Source of the DNA: Candidatus Tenderia sp.
Lineage (GTDB): Bacteria; Pseudomonadota; Gammaproteobacteria; Tenderiales; Tenderiaceae
DNA: 32,831 bases
Assembly: GCA_031416075.1 (NCBI GenBank)
Contig: JANOSY010000051.1
Coordinates: 1-32,831, forward strand
Direction: 5' to 3'
Of this stretch, positions 17,422-27,462 are shown in pieces. The position numbers and the translations under genes were made by a program. Under the pieces are notes generated by a model. It saw only the letters and a program-made list of their open reading frames with translations, searched no databases and was not told where the DNA came from. The first letter of the stretch is position 1; each line of letters starts with the position of its first letter.

Positions 17422-18694
17422 TCTGAATGGTCAGTCCGGTGGTGCCCACAGCAACCGGGCCCTTGCTTGCCCCCTGCAGGTCACCACTTGCCGCGATGGC
17501 ATCGCCGCTCTTGGAGATGCGCGCCCCCACCAACACCTGGTCAAACTTGGCCAGACTCATGTTGGGCATCATCGCCTGACTCTCATCAAGGGTAAATGTC
17601 AGCGGCAGACTGCCCGCCTGGGTGCGAATAATCGCTAACGGCATGGGTGGGCCACTGACCGCCTTGGCAAATATAAACAGCGTATCGCCCGGGGCTACCT
17701 TGGCCGCCAGCGCGGGGCTGAGGGTCACCGTGCCACTGATCTGTGCAGCCACGGCTTTGGCCGGTGCTGTTGACTCTTCCACGGCAGACGCCGCCGGAAT
17801 CGCCCCAAATTCACCATTGAGCTGACGTTTGCGGTAGGACTCGGCCTCCGCAATGTTGGCCGCCATCGCCTGAGCATCTTCAGAACCGACAGGGATCAAC
17901 TGTTCCAGCCGCTTCCACAAAGTAACAGCATTCACAAAATCACCCTGCTCAAAATGGGCCGTCCCCAATAACCACAATACTTTCTGATTTTGTGGTTCGA
18001 TCTTCAGCGCCTTTTCCAGCAACTCGGTGGGTTCTCCGGCAAGATTGCCACCATTGGCCATCGCCATGGCATCGGCATAATCCGACAGCAACGTGGCATC
18101 CTCACCCACAAACTGCATCGATTTTTTATACGCTGCCACGGCTTCGTCATAACGCCCAAGCACGCTGAATGAACGGCCTAACATCACCCAGCCTTCGATA
18201 TCAGAGGGGTTCTCCTGCAGACGCTGCGCCAGCTTACCCACCATGCCTTCGATCTGGGCCTGCATATCAGCATCACCCTGCCCGTGTGGCCCAACATCAG
18301 CAGCTTGTGCCACATGGGTTGCCGGATCAATCGCTGCCGGGGTCCCGAGCTGCAGATAGAGTGAAACTGCGGCCAATGGTACCGCCAACACCAGTACCGC
18401 CGTAGTGGCTATATTCAAGGTCTTGCCTGAATTGACCGCCGCCTGCTCAGCCATGGCGGTATCTTCCAGTAGCCGCCGCTCGATCTCCTGACGACTCTTA
18501 TCGTAATGAGTCTGATCAACATCACCGGCGGCCAGATCAACATCCAACTCTGTCAGCTGGTTTTTATAGATGGAGATGTTCATACCACTACGCGCCAGCT
18601 CAGCATCGGCCCTAAGACGCATAAACAGCGGTGGAATAACAAACAATAATGCGGCACCTATCAGGCACGCTGCTACTACCCAAAACAGTGTCAT
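17402..18694 (-). CDS. ccmI: Cytochrome c biogenesis protein CcmI (CycH)
   Basis: TM, cytoplasmic loop (IYKNQLTELD..EIERRLLED), TM, TPR repeats (GWVMLGRS) and C-terminal domain (GPPMPLA, ARISKSG). Confidence 0.93.
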   Translation of the reverse strand: MTLFWVVAACLIGAALLFVIPPLFMRLRADAELARSGMNISIYKNQLTELDVDLAAGDVDQTHYDKSRQEIERRLLEDTAMAEQAAVNSGKTLNIATTAVLVLAVPLAAVSLYLQLGTPAAIDPATHVAQAADVGPHGQGDADMQAQIEGMVGKLAQRLQENPSDIEGWVMLGRSFSVLGRYDEAVAAYKKSMQFVGEDATLLSDYADAMAMANGGNLAGEPTELLEKALKIEPQNQKVLWLLGTAHFEQGDFVNAVTLWKRLEQLIPVGSEDAQAMAANIAEAESYRKRQLNGEFGAIPAASAVEESTAPAKAVAAQISGTVTLSPALAAKVAPGDTLFIFAKAVSGPPMPLAIIRTQAGSLPLTFTLDESQAMMPNMSLAKFDQVLVGARISKSGDAIAASGDLQGASKGPVAVGTTGLTIQIDTVVP

Positions 18695-19161
18695 GCCTGC
18701 TTATCTCCTGACTTTTGCTCTAACATCGCCTCAGCACGACGCTGATCTTCTGCCGATAATGGTTGATTTAGAACCGCTTTTTTACGCCGCCTGACGTTGA
18801 GGTAAAGCGCACCAATACCCACAACAAGCAATAGACCGGGACCAAACCACAACAGCACTGTGGTCGAGTTCAGTGAAGGGCGGTAACGAATGGTCTCGCC
18901 ATAACGCTCTACCAGAAAGTCAACCACCTCACGATCGCTTTTGCCTTCCTCCATCATCTCCTGAATCTGATTACGCATATCAACAGCAAACTCGGAGTGC
19001 GAGTCCGCCAGTGACTGCCCCTGACAGACCAGACAGCGCAGCTCGCCGGAGATCGCCATCACCCGCTGATACATCTCAGGGTTGCCATTTTCGTACGTCG
19101 CCTCTTTGGCCTGCCCAACCAGCGGCACACAGAGCAGCAGCGCAATTAAGTACCGTTTCAT
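18691..19161 (-). CDS. ccmH: Cytochrome c biogenesis protein CcmH
   Basis: LRCLVCQ motif, RYG..I.YRP and LLWFGP. Confidence 0.95.
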   Translation of the reverse strand: MKRYLIALLLCVPLVGQAKEATYENGNPEMYQRVMAISGELRCLVCQGQSLADSHSEFAVDMRNQIQEMMEEGKSDREVVDFLVERYGETIRYRPSLNSTTVLLWFGPGLLLVVGIGALYLNVRRRKKAVLNQPLSAEDQRRAEAMLEQKSGDKQA

Positions 19162-19694
19162 TATCCGTTCAACTCCTTCACCAGCGGCACAATAGTGGTC
19201 ATCAACGCCTCATCACTCACCGGGCCGGTGTGTTTATAACGGATCACCCCCTGTTTATCGATGACGTAGGTCTCCGGCACCCCGTACACGCCATAATCAA
19301 CACCCACACGGCCATTGGCATCAAAACCGCTGGCAACATAGGGGTTACCAAAGTCATTAAGCCAGTTGATACCCTCTTCACGGGTATCCTTGTAGTTAAG
19401 CCCAAAGATTGGAACGATATTCTGGCGCGCCAAACGCATCAATACGGGGTGCTCCTGACGGCAGGAGACACACCAGGAGGCCCAGACATTCAGCAGCCAG
19501 ACCTGGCCCAACATATCGTCACGTTTAACGTGGATATTTGGATCCGCCAGTAACGGCAGGTCAAACTGTGGTGCTGGTTTGTTAACCAGCGGCGATGGCA
19601 CATCACGCGGGTTCAGCGCCAACCCCCTCCAGAGAAACGCCGCCAGCAACAGAAACACCGCCAGTGGCAACAGGTAACGCAGATAACGACCCAT
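19161..19694 (-). CDS. ccmG: Thiol:disulfide interchange protein CcmG/DsbE
   Basis: WASWCVSCRQEHP, GLNYKD and GVYGVPET. Confidence 0.96.
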   Translation of the reverse strand: MGRYLRYLLPLAVFLLLAAFLWRGLALNPRDVPSPLVNKPAPQFDLPLLADPNIHVKRDDMLGQVWLLNVWASWCVSCRQEHPVLMRLARQNIVPIFGLNYKDTREEGINWLNDFGNPYVASGFDANGRVGVDYGVYGVPETYVIDKQGVIRYKHTGPVSDEALMTTIVPLVKELNG

Positions 19695-21731
19695 CTAGCT
19701 ATTCTCCGTCGCTGCAATTACCGGCTTTGTCTGCTCCGGCTCCTCTGCCATCGTCTTAGACTTCGCATCCCGGCGTGCCAATACCCGGTATCGGCGATCC
19801 GATATCGCCATCAATCCACCCAGGGCCATAAATATGGCACCAAACCAGATCCAGACAACAAATGGCTTGTAATAGATACGCACAATCCAGGCACCACCCT
19901 CCACTGGCTCACCCAACGATACATAGAGGTCACGCCAGATACTGGTATCAATATCGGCCTCGGTCATTGGCGTAGTCTGCACGGTGTAGATACGCTTCTC
20001 GGGGTGCATCACCTTCATCTCATAATCACCACGGAAGACCCTGATCATGCCACGACTGGCGGTATAGTTCGGACCCGTCACATCAACCACACCATCAAAA
20101 CGGAAGGTATAGTCGCTGATGGTGACCGTATCACCAATCTGCATCCGTACGTCCTTCTCGGTCTCGTACTGAGTCACCAACGTCACACCAACAATTGAGA
20201 CCGCCACCCCAAGATGGGCAACATGCATACCCCAGAAGCTGGCGGGGCACGACTTCAGACGCGCCAGCAGTAGCGCATCGGCACGGCCCGTCTTCAGACG
20301 GGAGTAAATATTGTAAGTGGTTGCCGAGACAATCCAGCCCGCCATCGCCATGCCCATCGCCGCCAGCCATGACCAGCCACCCATCAGGAACGGCATAATA
20401 ATGGCCACCAGCGCCGTTGTCCCAAACGCCCAGCGCAGACGCACCAACATATCGGGCAGATTCGCCTGTTTCCAGCGCGCCAAGGGTCCCAACCCCATCA
20501 TAAAGACCAGCGGCACCATCAACGGCACAAAGACAATATTGAAGAACGGAGCACCCACCGACACCTTATTGGTCGCGGCCAGATACCCCATGGAGGAGAG
20601 TCCTTCGATGATAATCGGATAGATCGTGCCCAGCAGAACCGCCGCACCCGCCACCGTTAAGATGACGTTATTCACCAGTAACATCGTCTCTTTTGAGACC
20701 ACCTCAAAACTACCGCCCAATCCCACTTTAGGTGCGCGCCAGGCATAAAGCACCAGTGACGAGACCACCACTACCACCAGGAACCCCAGGATAAAGGTAC
20801 CGCGGGTTGGATCCGTGGCAAACGCATGAACCGACGTAATCACCCCGGAACGCACCAGGAAGGTGCCTAACAAACTGAGCGAGAAGGCGATAATCGCCAA
20901 CAATATACTCCAGCTCTTAAAGCTGCCACGTTTCTCCGTCACCGCCAGGGAGTGAATCAATGCCGTTCCCACCAGCCAGGGCATAAAGGAGGCGTTTTCC
21001 ACCGGATCCCAGAACCACCAGCCACCCCAGCCCAGCTCATAGTAGGCCCACCAGGAGCCCAGAGCGATACCGCAGGAGAGAAACATCCAGGCCACAATTG
21101 TCCAGGGACGTGACCAGCGCGCCCACGCCACATCCAGCCGTCCACTCAGCAGCGCTGCAATGGCAAAGGAGAAGGCCACCGAGAAACCGACATACCCCAT
21201 GTAAAGCATTGGCGGGTGGATAATCAGGCCAAAATCCTGCAACAGCGGATTCAGGTCACGGCCATCGGGCGCGGCTGGCAACAGCCGGTCAAACGGATTG
21301 GAGGTCAACAACATAAAGAGCAGGAAACCCACCGCAATCAACCCCATCACACCCAGTACCCGCGCCACCATTTCGGAGGTCAGGTTCTTGCTGAAGTTGG
21401 CCACCGCCAGCCCCCACAGACTCAACATCGCCGCCCACAACAGCAACGACCCCTCATGTCCGCCCCAAACACCGGCGATACGGTACTGCAATGGCAACTG
21501 CGAATTGGAGTGCGACGCAACATAGAGCACAGAGAAGTCGTTATTAATAAAGGCGTAGGTGAGACAGGCAAAGGCAATCACCACAAACAGAAACTGGCCA
21601 GTGGCCAGTGGCCGCGCCAGCCCCATCCACGACTGAATATTAAACCCTGCCCCGGCGATCGGCAGCACCCCCTGCAAAATGGCCATGCAGAGCGCCACGA
21701 TCAAGGCAAATTGACCAATTTCAGGAATCAT
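19695..21731 (-). CDS. ccmF: Cytochrome c heme lyase CcmF
   Basis: WGGHEGS, HPPMLYMGY, WGGWWFWDPVEN and SVHAF. Confidence 0.98.
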   Translation of the reverse strand: MIPEIGQFALIVALCMAILQGVLPIAGAGFNIQSWMGLARPLATGQFLFVVIAFACLTYAFINNDFSVLYVASHSNSQLPLQYRIAGVWGGHEGSLLLWAAMLSLWGLAVANFSKNLTSEMVARVLGVMGLIAVGFLLFMLLTSNPFDRLLPAAPDGRDLNPLLQDFGLIIHPPMLYMGYVGFSVAFSFAIAALLSGRLDVAWARWSRPWTIVAWMFLSCGIALGSWWAYYELGWGGWWFWDPVENASFMPWLVGTALIHSLAVTEKRGSFKSWSILLAIIAFSLSLLGTFLVRSGVITSVHAFATDPTRGTFILGFLVVVVVSSLVLYAWRAPKVGLGGSFEVVSKETMLLVNNVILTVAGAAVLLGTIYPIIIEGLSSMGYLAATNKVSVGAPFFNIVFVPLMVPLVFMMGLGPLARWKQANLPDMLVRLRWAFGTTALVAIIMPFLMGGWSWLAAMGMAMAGWIVSATTYNIYSRLKTGRADALLLARLKSCPASFWGMHVAHLGVAVSIVGVTLVTQYETEKDVRMQIGDTVTISDYTFRFDGVVDVTGPNYTASRGMIRVFRGDYEMKVMHPEKRIYTVQTTPMTEADIDTSIWRDLYVSLGEPVEGGAWIVRIYYKPFVVWIWFGAIFMALGGLMAISDRRYRVLARRDAKSKTMAEEPEQTKPVIAATENS

Positions 21732-22234
21732 TATTCGCTAGCCCCCGGAGTAGGTACATCTGTTGATACAGCCGCTGGAATAGCTGCTGCTGGACTTGTA
21801 TTAGAATTTTGTTTGGACTGTTCGGCCTGCTCCAGGGCCTTGGCAACCTCTGGCGGCATATAGGTTTCATCATGTTTAGCCAGAACCTCTTCAGCCGCAA
21901 ACACACCATCTGCACCCATTTTACCCTGCGCCACAACCCCCTCCCCCTCACGGAAGAGGTCAGGCAGGATACCACTGTAGACCACGGGAACAGTCTCAAT
22001 ATTGTCAGTAATGCGGAAGTGAACCAGCAGATCGTCACGCCGAACACTTCCTTTCTCAACCAGACCACCCAGCCGGAATGTACGATCCTGTGGTGATTTT
22101 TTAGCCACCACTTCAGATGAGCTGAAGAAGTGGTTGATATTGCTCTGCAGCGCCTGCATCACCAACATCACAATCAGGGCCACCCCCGCCAACCCGAGCA
22201 CAATCAACATCATGCGCTTATGTCTGGTCTTCAT
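21731..22234 (-). CDS. ccmE: Heme chaperone CcmE
   Basis: RLGGLV, LPDLFREG and LAKHDETY (HxxxY). Confidence 0.97.
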   Translation of the reverse strand: MKTRHKRMMLIVLGLAGVALIVMLVMQALQSNINHFFSSSEVVAKKSPQDRTFRLGGLVEKGSVRRDDLLVHFRITDNIETVPVVYSGILPDLFREGEGVVAQGKMGADGVFAAEEVLAKHDETYMPPEVAKALEQAEQSKQNSNTSPAAAIPAAVSTDVPTPGASE

Positions 22235-22398
22235 CGCTGTTCCTCTGCATTCAGTCGAACCATACGACCCAAGCGCTGTAATAAAGTTCGTTTGTGGCGC
22301 AAGACCAGGATTGTCTCAGCCACCATAAAGAGGGCTGTTACACCATAGGAGCCCCAGATGTAGGCACCGTGGGTACCCATCGCAAAGAATTCAGCCAT
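22231..22398 (-). CDS. ccmD: Heme exporter protein CcmD (55 aa, absent from the ORF track)
   Basis: Manual translation MAEFFAMGTHGAYIWGSYGVTALFMVAETILVLRHKRTLLQRLGRMVRLNAEEQR; FFAMG..G.YIW.SY motif, between ccmC and ccmE, ATGA overlap with ccmE. Confidence 0.93.
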   Translation of the reverse strand: MAEFFAMGTHGAYIWGSYGVTALFMVAETILVLRHKRTLLQRLGRMVRLNAEEQR

Positions 22399-22399
22399 G

Positions 22400-23149
22400 C
22401 TATTTCTTCTCCTGCAACATCTCTTTTACCCAGACACTGCCACTCTCACGTTCAAGAATAATGCTACGCACCCGTATCAACACCACGGCAATGGTATACA
22501 ACCAGCAAGCCAGCGCCATGATCAGCAGCGTCCAGAGCATAATGTCAGTCATACTGCTCTGCACACCACCCCCATCGAATTTAATGGAGGAGCCTTGATG
22601 CAGCGTATTCCACCACTGCACTGAGTAGTAGATGATGGGGATATTCACAACCCCCACCAGCGCCAGCAGGCCACTGGCACGGGCCGCACGACGTGGATCA
22701 TCAATAGCCGACTCCAGCGCCATAAATCCTATATATAGGAAGAGCAGAATCAACTCGGAGGTGAGACGGGCATCCCATACCCACCAGGTACCCCACATCG
22801 GTTTACCCCAAAGGGCACCGGTCCAGAGCGCCAGAAAAGTAAACATCGCCCCCGTGGGTGCCAGCGCGGTAGCCATCATGGACGAAAGGCGGGTGCGCCA
22901 GATCATGCCCGCCGCCGCCCAGCCGGCCATCACCAGATAGATGACCATCGACATCCAGGCCGCAGGGACGTGGATAAAGATGATCCGGTAACCTTCACCC
23001 TGCTTGTAATCGGTGGGGGCGACAAAAAAACTCATATACAGCCCAACGACCAGCAGAATGGCCGCCGCCCCCGCAAACCAGGGTGAGATTCGTCCCGCCA
23101 AGGGATAAAAGGTCGCGGGCGAAGAGTATTTAAACCAGTTTATTGCCAT
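22400..23149 (-). CDS. ccmC: Heme exporter protein CcmC
   Basis: IHVPAAW, WGKPMWGTWWVWDARLT and WWNTLHQ. Confidence 0.98.
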   Translation of the reverse strand: MAINWFKYSSPATFYPLAGRISPWFAGAAAILLVVGLYMSFFVAPTDYKQGEGYRIIFIHVPAAWMSMVIYLVMAGWAAAGMIWRTRLSSMMATALAPTGAMFTFLALWTGALWGKPMWGTWWVWDARLTSELILLFLYIGFMALESAIDDPRRAARASGLLALVGVVNIPIIYYSVQWWNTLHQGSSIKFDGGGVQSSMTDIMLWTLLIMALACWLYTIAVVLIRVRSIILERESGSVWVKEMLQEKK

Positions 23150-23168
23150 GACTCTTTCCCTACTTCAA

Positions 23169-23840
23169 CTATTCAACAGAAATTCTTAGCGCCGCCGCCG
23201 AGGCCCAGGGGGCCAGCAACAGCGCCAGTACCAGGATCGCCCCCATGAGCGACAGATGGCCATCGGCCCCCATACCCACCGCGCTGGCCTCCACCGCACC
23301 GGCACCAAAAATCAGCACTGGAATATACAGCGGCAGCACCAGCAGCGATACCAACACCCCACCACCACGCAGCCCAAGTGTCAGTGCCGCACCAATCGCA
23401 CCAATCAAACTCAATACCGGCGTACCCAGCAGCAGCGTAACCATCAACATCCACAACGCATCACCGGTCAAACCAAACTGCAACCCCAGCAGGGGTGACA
23501 TCAGCACCAGTGGCAATCCGGAGATGAGCCAGTGGGCCACAATTTTACCCAGCACCATCAGCGCCAAGGGTTGCGGCACCAGCAGCAACTGCTCAAGCGT
23601 ACCGTCTACATAATCGTCCGCAAACAGCCGTGTCAGGGAGAGCATGGACGCCAACAGCGCCGCCACCCAGACCACCCCCGCCGCCATCGAGCGCAACAAT
23701 TCGGTATCCGGCCCCACCCCCAACGGAAACAGGCTGACAACAATGACAAAGAAAAACACTGTCGTCAGTACGTCAGAGCGGTGACGCATCGCCAAGGTCA
23801 GGTCACGCTGAACAATACACCATAGCGCCGCCAACATCAT
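23169..23840 (-). CDS. ccmB: Heme exporter protein CcmB
   Basis: LFPLGVGP, DGTLEQLLL and LPLYIPVLIFG; highly hydrophobic. Confidence 0.97.
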   Translation of the reverse strand: MMLAALWCIVQRDLTLAMRHRSDVLTTVFFFVIVVSLFPLGVGPDTELLRSMAAGVVWVAALLASMLSLTRLFADDYVDGTLEQLLLVPQPLALMVLGKIVAHWLISGLPLVLMSPLLGLQFGLTGDALWMLMVTLLLGTPVLSLIGAIGAALTLGLRGGGVLVSLLVLPLYIPVLIFGAGAVEASAVGMGADGHLSLMGAILVLALLLAPWASAAALRISVE

Positions 23841-24457
23841 TGTGTCCCCAGGTGCACATGCTGAATCTCACCCGCCTCAATATCCACATGTTGATGGGTG
23901 GTCAACATCACCATGCCACCGTTGGCAACATGGGTCTGGATCATCTCCGTCAACATCGTCACGGCCTTCACATCCAGCGCCGTAAACGGCTCATCCAGAA
24001 TCCAGAACCGTGGCGGGTGCAATAGCAACCGCGCCAGTGCCACACGCCGCTTCTGCCCTTGTGAGAGCGCCTTCACTGGTAGCTCAACACAGCGCGCCAA
24101 CCCCACCTGCCGTAGCGCCTCTTCAACTTCACGCTCACTCACATCAAAGCCGCTGAGATTGGCAAAAACCCGCAGATTTTCATAACCACTCAACTCAAAT
24201 TTCAAGCCGTAGTGGTGGCCGAGGTAGAGCAGTTCCCGGTTAAACTCTTCACCGAGCTTGCGTATTAACTCACCGTTCCAGCGGATATCACCCGACTCCG
24301 GCAGTACCAGTCCGGCGATGGCGCGCAACAGCGTGGTTTTACCCGCGCCATTAGGGCCATGCAGATGCAACAGACTCCCCGCCTTCATCGAAAACGAGAG
24401 GTCGGCAAAGAGCTGGCGGTCACCGCGCACACACTCCAGATTGGTGATATCAAGCAT
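23837..24457 (-). CDS. ccmA: Heme ABC exporter ATP-binding protein CcmA
   Basis: GPNGAGKT Walker A, LSQGQKRRVALARL signature, WILDEP and TTHQ. Start set at ATG 24457 (MLDITNL). Confidence 0.96.
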   Translation of the reverse strand: MLDITNLECVRGDRQLFADLSFSMKAGSLLHLHGPNGAGKTTLLRAIAGLVLPESGDIRWNGELIRKLGEEFNRELLYLGHHYGLKFELSGYENLRVFANLSGFDVSEREVEEALRQVGLARCVELPVKALSQGQKRRVALARLLLHPPRFWILDEPFTALDVKAVTMLTEMIQTHVANGGMVMLTTHQHVDIEAGEIQHVHLGTQ

Positions 24458-24538
24458 TAAATCCACATCGCCGCAGACCAAAAAGACCGAAGATTATACA
24501 TCAACACCGCAAAAAGTCCCGACCTGACGGCACAACCT

Positions 24539-25366
24539 TTACGACCCGCCCAATACCACCCGAAAGCCTGTATTTACATCATTGTCATCGGTCTGATAAC
24601 TGCCACGCCAGGCCGAGCCAATCTGCTCTGCCGGGGTATCCCAGCCACCACCACGGACAACGTGGTGGCCACACTCACCGCCACCCCAGACCCGCCCATC
24701 CAGCGGCGCACCGCTGTAATCGGGGTGCCAGCAATCCTGCACCCACTCCCAGACATTGCCGTACACATCAAACAGCCCCCATTCATTAGGGCTCTTGCCG
24801 GCCACTGGGCGGCTGCCGTTGCCTGGCCCTACCCAGCCAAACCGGCCCAGTGCAGCCACATCATCACCGAAGAAAAAACGGCTACGGCTATTGGCCCGTG
24901 CGGCATACTCCCACTCCGCCTCTGACGGCAGACGGTAACGATTGGTTCCTTCGGCGCTGTTCAGCCGCTCAAGAAACGCCTGTACATCAAGCCAGGAGAC
25001 ACTCTCCAGGGGACGACGTGGATCCTGAAACTGGCTGGGATTATCCCCCATCAGTGCTGACCACTGCGCCTGAGTCACCTCACGGGTGCTGATAAAATAG
25101 GTGGCAAGGCGCACCTCCCGCTGCGGTCCAATGCCTGCCGCCTCATCGCCCATCACAAAACTACCCGCCGGGATGCGCACAAACTCCATGCCAAGGCTAT
25201 TGACCAACCGCTCCTGTGGCTCTGCCACCGCCGACGCGGTGGCCGGTTCGCGGCTACTGCCCCACCATGCCATTCCACCCGCCAGCCCTATCACCATTGC
25301 GATTGCCACCAGCATGCGCAGCACGCGCTGCCGCTCTGACAACCGATTATCATCCTGCTGTTCCAC
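24539..25366 (-). CDS. Membrane-anchored FGE-sulfatase/SUMF1-fold protein
   Basis: N-terminal TM; F.MGD, RLPSEAEWEYAAR, NEWGLFDVYGNVWEW, RGGGW and GFR motifs. Confidence 0.9.
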   Translation of the reverse strand: MEQQDDNRLSERQRVLRMLVAIAMVIGLAGGMAWWGSSREPATASAVAEPQERLVNSLGMEFVRIPAGSFVMGDEAAGIGPQREVRLATYFISTREVTQAQWSALMGDNPSQFQDPRRPLESVSWLDVQAFLERLNSAEGTNRYRLPSEAEWEYAARANSRSRFFFGDDVAALGRFGWVGPGNGSRPVAGKSPNEWGLFDVYGNVWEWVQDCWHPDYSGAPLDGRVWGGGECGHHVVRGGGWDTPAEQIGSAWRGSYQTDDNDVNTGFRVVLGGS

Positions 25367-25509
25367 TGATATCTCAGCCCTGTTTTTGGCGTGTTACTAT
25401 TGGACGCCATGTCTATGAAGGGGTCCGATCATAGCGTGAACCCTACCCCAGAGCCAGAGCAAACCATCAGGGCCAACCATTCAGACCAACCATTTAGAGT
25501 AGATGAGTC

Positions 25510-26505
25510 ATGACTGAAGTCGCCATACCCGCCGTACCCACTGCCAATAACAGCCGCCAGATCGCCACGCTGCGCCACCACATTCAGCAGACGATTGTGG
25601 GGCAAAACCGACTGATCGAGCGGTTATTGGTTGCGCTGCTGGCAGACGGCCACATCCTGCTCGAAGGGCTGCCGGGGCTGGCCAAGACCACCGCTGTGCA
25701 TACCCTGGCCGAAGGCATGGCGTTGAGTTTCCAGCGCATCCAGTTCACCCCGGACCTGATCCCCGGCGACATCACCGGCAGCGACATCTTCCTGGCACGT
25801 GAAGGCGAGCTTAAGTTTATCGAAGGGCCGATCTTCCACGAGATCATTCTCGCTGATGAGATCAACCGCGCCCCACCCAAGGTGCAGTCAGCACTGCTCG
25901 AAGCGATGCAGGAGCGGCAGGTCACCACCACCGGCACCACCCGCAAGCTACCGCAGATCTTCCAGGTCATCGCCACCCAAAACCCACTCGAGCAGGAGGG
26001 GACCTACCCACTGCCCGAGGCACAGCTCGACCGTTTTTTGATGAAGATAGCGCTGGGCTACCCAAGCCCGGAGGATGAGCTGGAGATCCTGCGCCGTGAA
26101 ACCCGCAAACAGCAGCAGCCACATGGGGAGAGCCGCCCGGAGATCATCAGTGGCGACGACATTCTCACCGCCCGTCGCGCCGTCAACCAAATACATATGG
26201 ATGAGATGCTGGAGCGCTACATCGTCACCCTCGTCAACGCCACCCGCACCCCGGCACGCTGGTGGCCGGAGGCCGCCGAATGGCTCAGCTACGGTGCCTC
26301 ACCCCGCGCCACCCTTGCCCTGGCCCGCAGCGCCCGCGCCCTGGCCTATCTGCGTCAGCGCGATTTTGTTGAACCCGCCGACATCATCGACCTTGCTGAC
26401 GACGTCCTCAACCACCGTATCGGCCTGAGCTTTGCAGCACGGGCGGCGGGTGTTACCCGCAAACAACTAATTTCCGGGCTACTGGAGCGCGTTCCTGTAC
26501 CCTAA
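25510..26505 (+). CDS. moxR: MoxR-family AAA+ ATPase
   Basis: LLEGLPGLAKT, RIQFTPDL, LADEINRAPPKVQSALLEAM, ATQNP.EQEGTYPLPEAQLDRF and GASPR. Confidence 0.95.
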   Translation: MTEVAIPAVPTANNSRQIATLRHHIQQTIVGQNRLIERLLVALLADGHILLEGLPGLAKTTAVHTLAEGMALSFQRIQFTPDLIPGDITGSDIFLAREGELKFIEGPIFHEIILADEINRAPPKVQSALLEAMQERQVTTTGTTRKLPQIFQVIATQNPLEQEGTYPLPEAQLDRFLMKIALGYPSPEDELEILRRETRKQQQPHGESRPEIISGDDILTARRAVNQIHMDEMLERYIVTLVNATRTPARWWPEAAEWLSYGASPRATLALARSARALAYLRQRDFVEPADIIDLADDVLNHRIGLSFAARAAGVTRKQLISGLLERVPVP

Positions 26506-26580
26506 CCCTAAACAGTGAAACAGGATTACCTGCGTTTGGGTACCTACGAGCCACCACTAACACCACACCACTATATATAG

Positions 26581-27462
26581 ATGCAACTACCATCACTGCT
26601 CACCTCCGAGGATTTGGAACTGCTGCGTTTCCAGGCGCGCGGGCTGCTGGACGGCCGTATCAGCGGCAACAGCCCACTCAGCGGCGAGCAGCGCTCCCGC
26701 TACCGTGGCATGGGCATGGAGCTGGAGGAGTTACGCGCCTACCAGCAGGGTGATGATGTCCGCCACATCGCCTGGCGCACCAGCGCCCGCAGCCACCTGC
26801 CAATCACAAAGGTGTTCCGGACTGAGCAGCAACAGCGGGCGCTGCTACTGGTTGAGCAGCACCCAGGGATGTTTTTTGCCACCACTGGCCGACTCAAGGC
26901 GACCTGTGCCGCCCACGTCACCGCCCTGCTCACCTTTGCCCTGCTGGCGGAGCGTGGCGAGGCGGGTGGCGTGGTAGCACATCAACATCTGCACCACTTT
27001 GGTTACAGCAGCGGGCTGGATCAGGGGCTGGCGCTGATCGGCAGCGCCGCTGCCGCAGGGCAGCCGGCCACGGCCATCCCCACCCGCACCTTGTTAACCG
27101 AGGCACAACGACTCTGCGGACGGGGCGATACCCTGTTTATCATCAGCGACTTTAGCCGCTGGGATACCTCGCTGACCGCACATCTACTGCAACTGGGGGA
27201 GCAGCGCCAACTCCACGCCATCCAGATTATTGACCGTGGCGAACAGAACCTGCCCGCCATCGGCAAGCTGCGACTGCGCTCCCCCTACTCCGGCAAAACA
27301 GCCATCATCGACAGCAACAATCCGGTACTGCGACAACAGTACAGCGCCGCGATGGCGGCACAGCAGCAGCAGATCGAATCACTGTTACAACGCTGCGGCG
27401 TGCACCACACCCGGCTGCATACCGATGCCGACCTCTTCCTGACCCTGGCCAGATCACTATGA
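26581..27462 (+). CDS. DUF58 domain protein
   Basis: G.GME.EELRAYQ.GDDVRHI.W..SAR motif, IISDF; follows moxR. Confidence 0.92.
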   Translation: MQLPSLLTSEDLELLRFQARGLLDGRISGNSPLSGEQRSRYRGMGMELEELRAYQQGDDVRHIAWRTSARSHLPITKVFRTEQQQRALLLVEQHPGMFFATTGRLKATCAAHVTALLTFALLAERGEAGGVVAHQHLHHFGYSSGLDQGLALIGSAAAAGQPATAIPTRTLLTEAQRLCGRGDTLFIISDFSRWDTSLTAHLLQLGEQRQLHAIQIIDRGEQNLPAIGKLRLRSPYSGKTAIIDSNNPVLRQQYSAAMAAQQQQIESLLQRCGVHHTRLHTDADLFLTLARSL

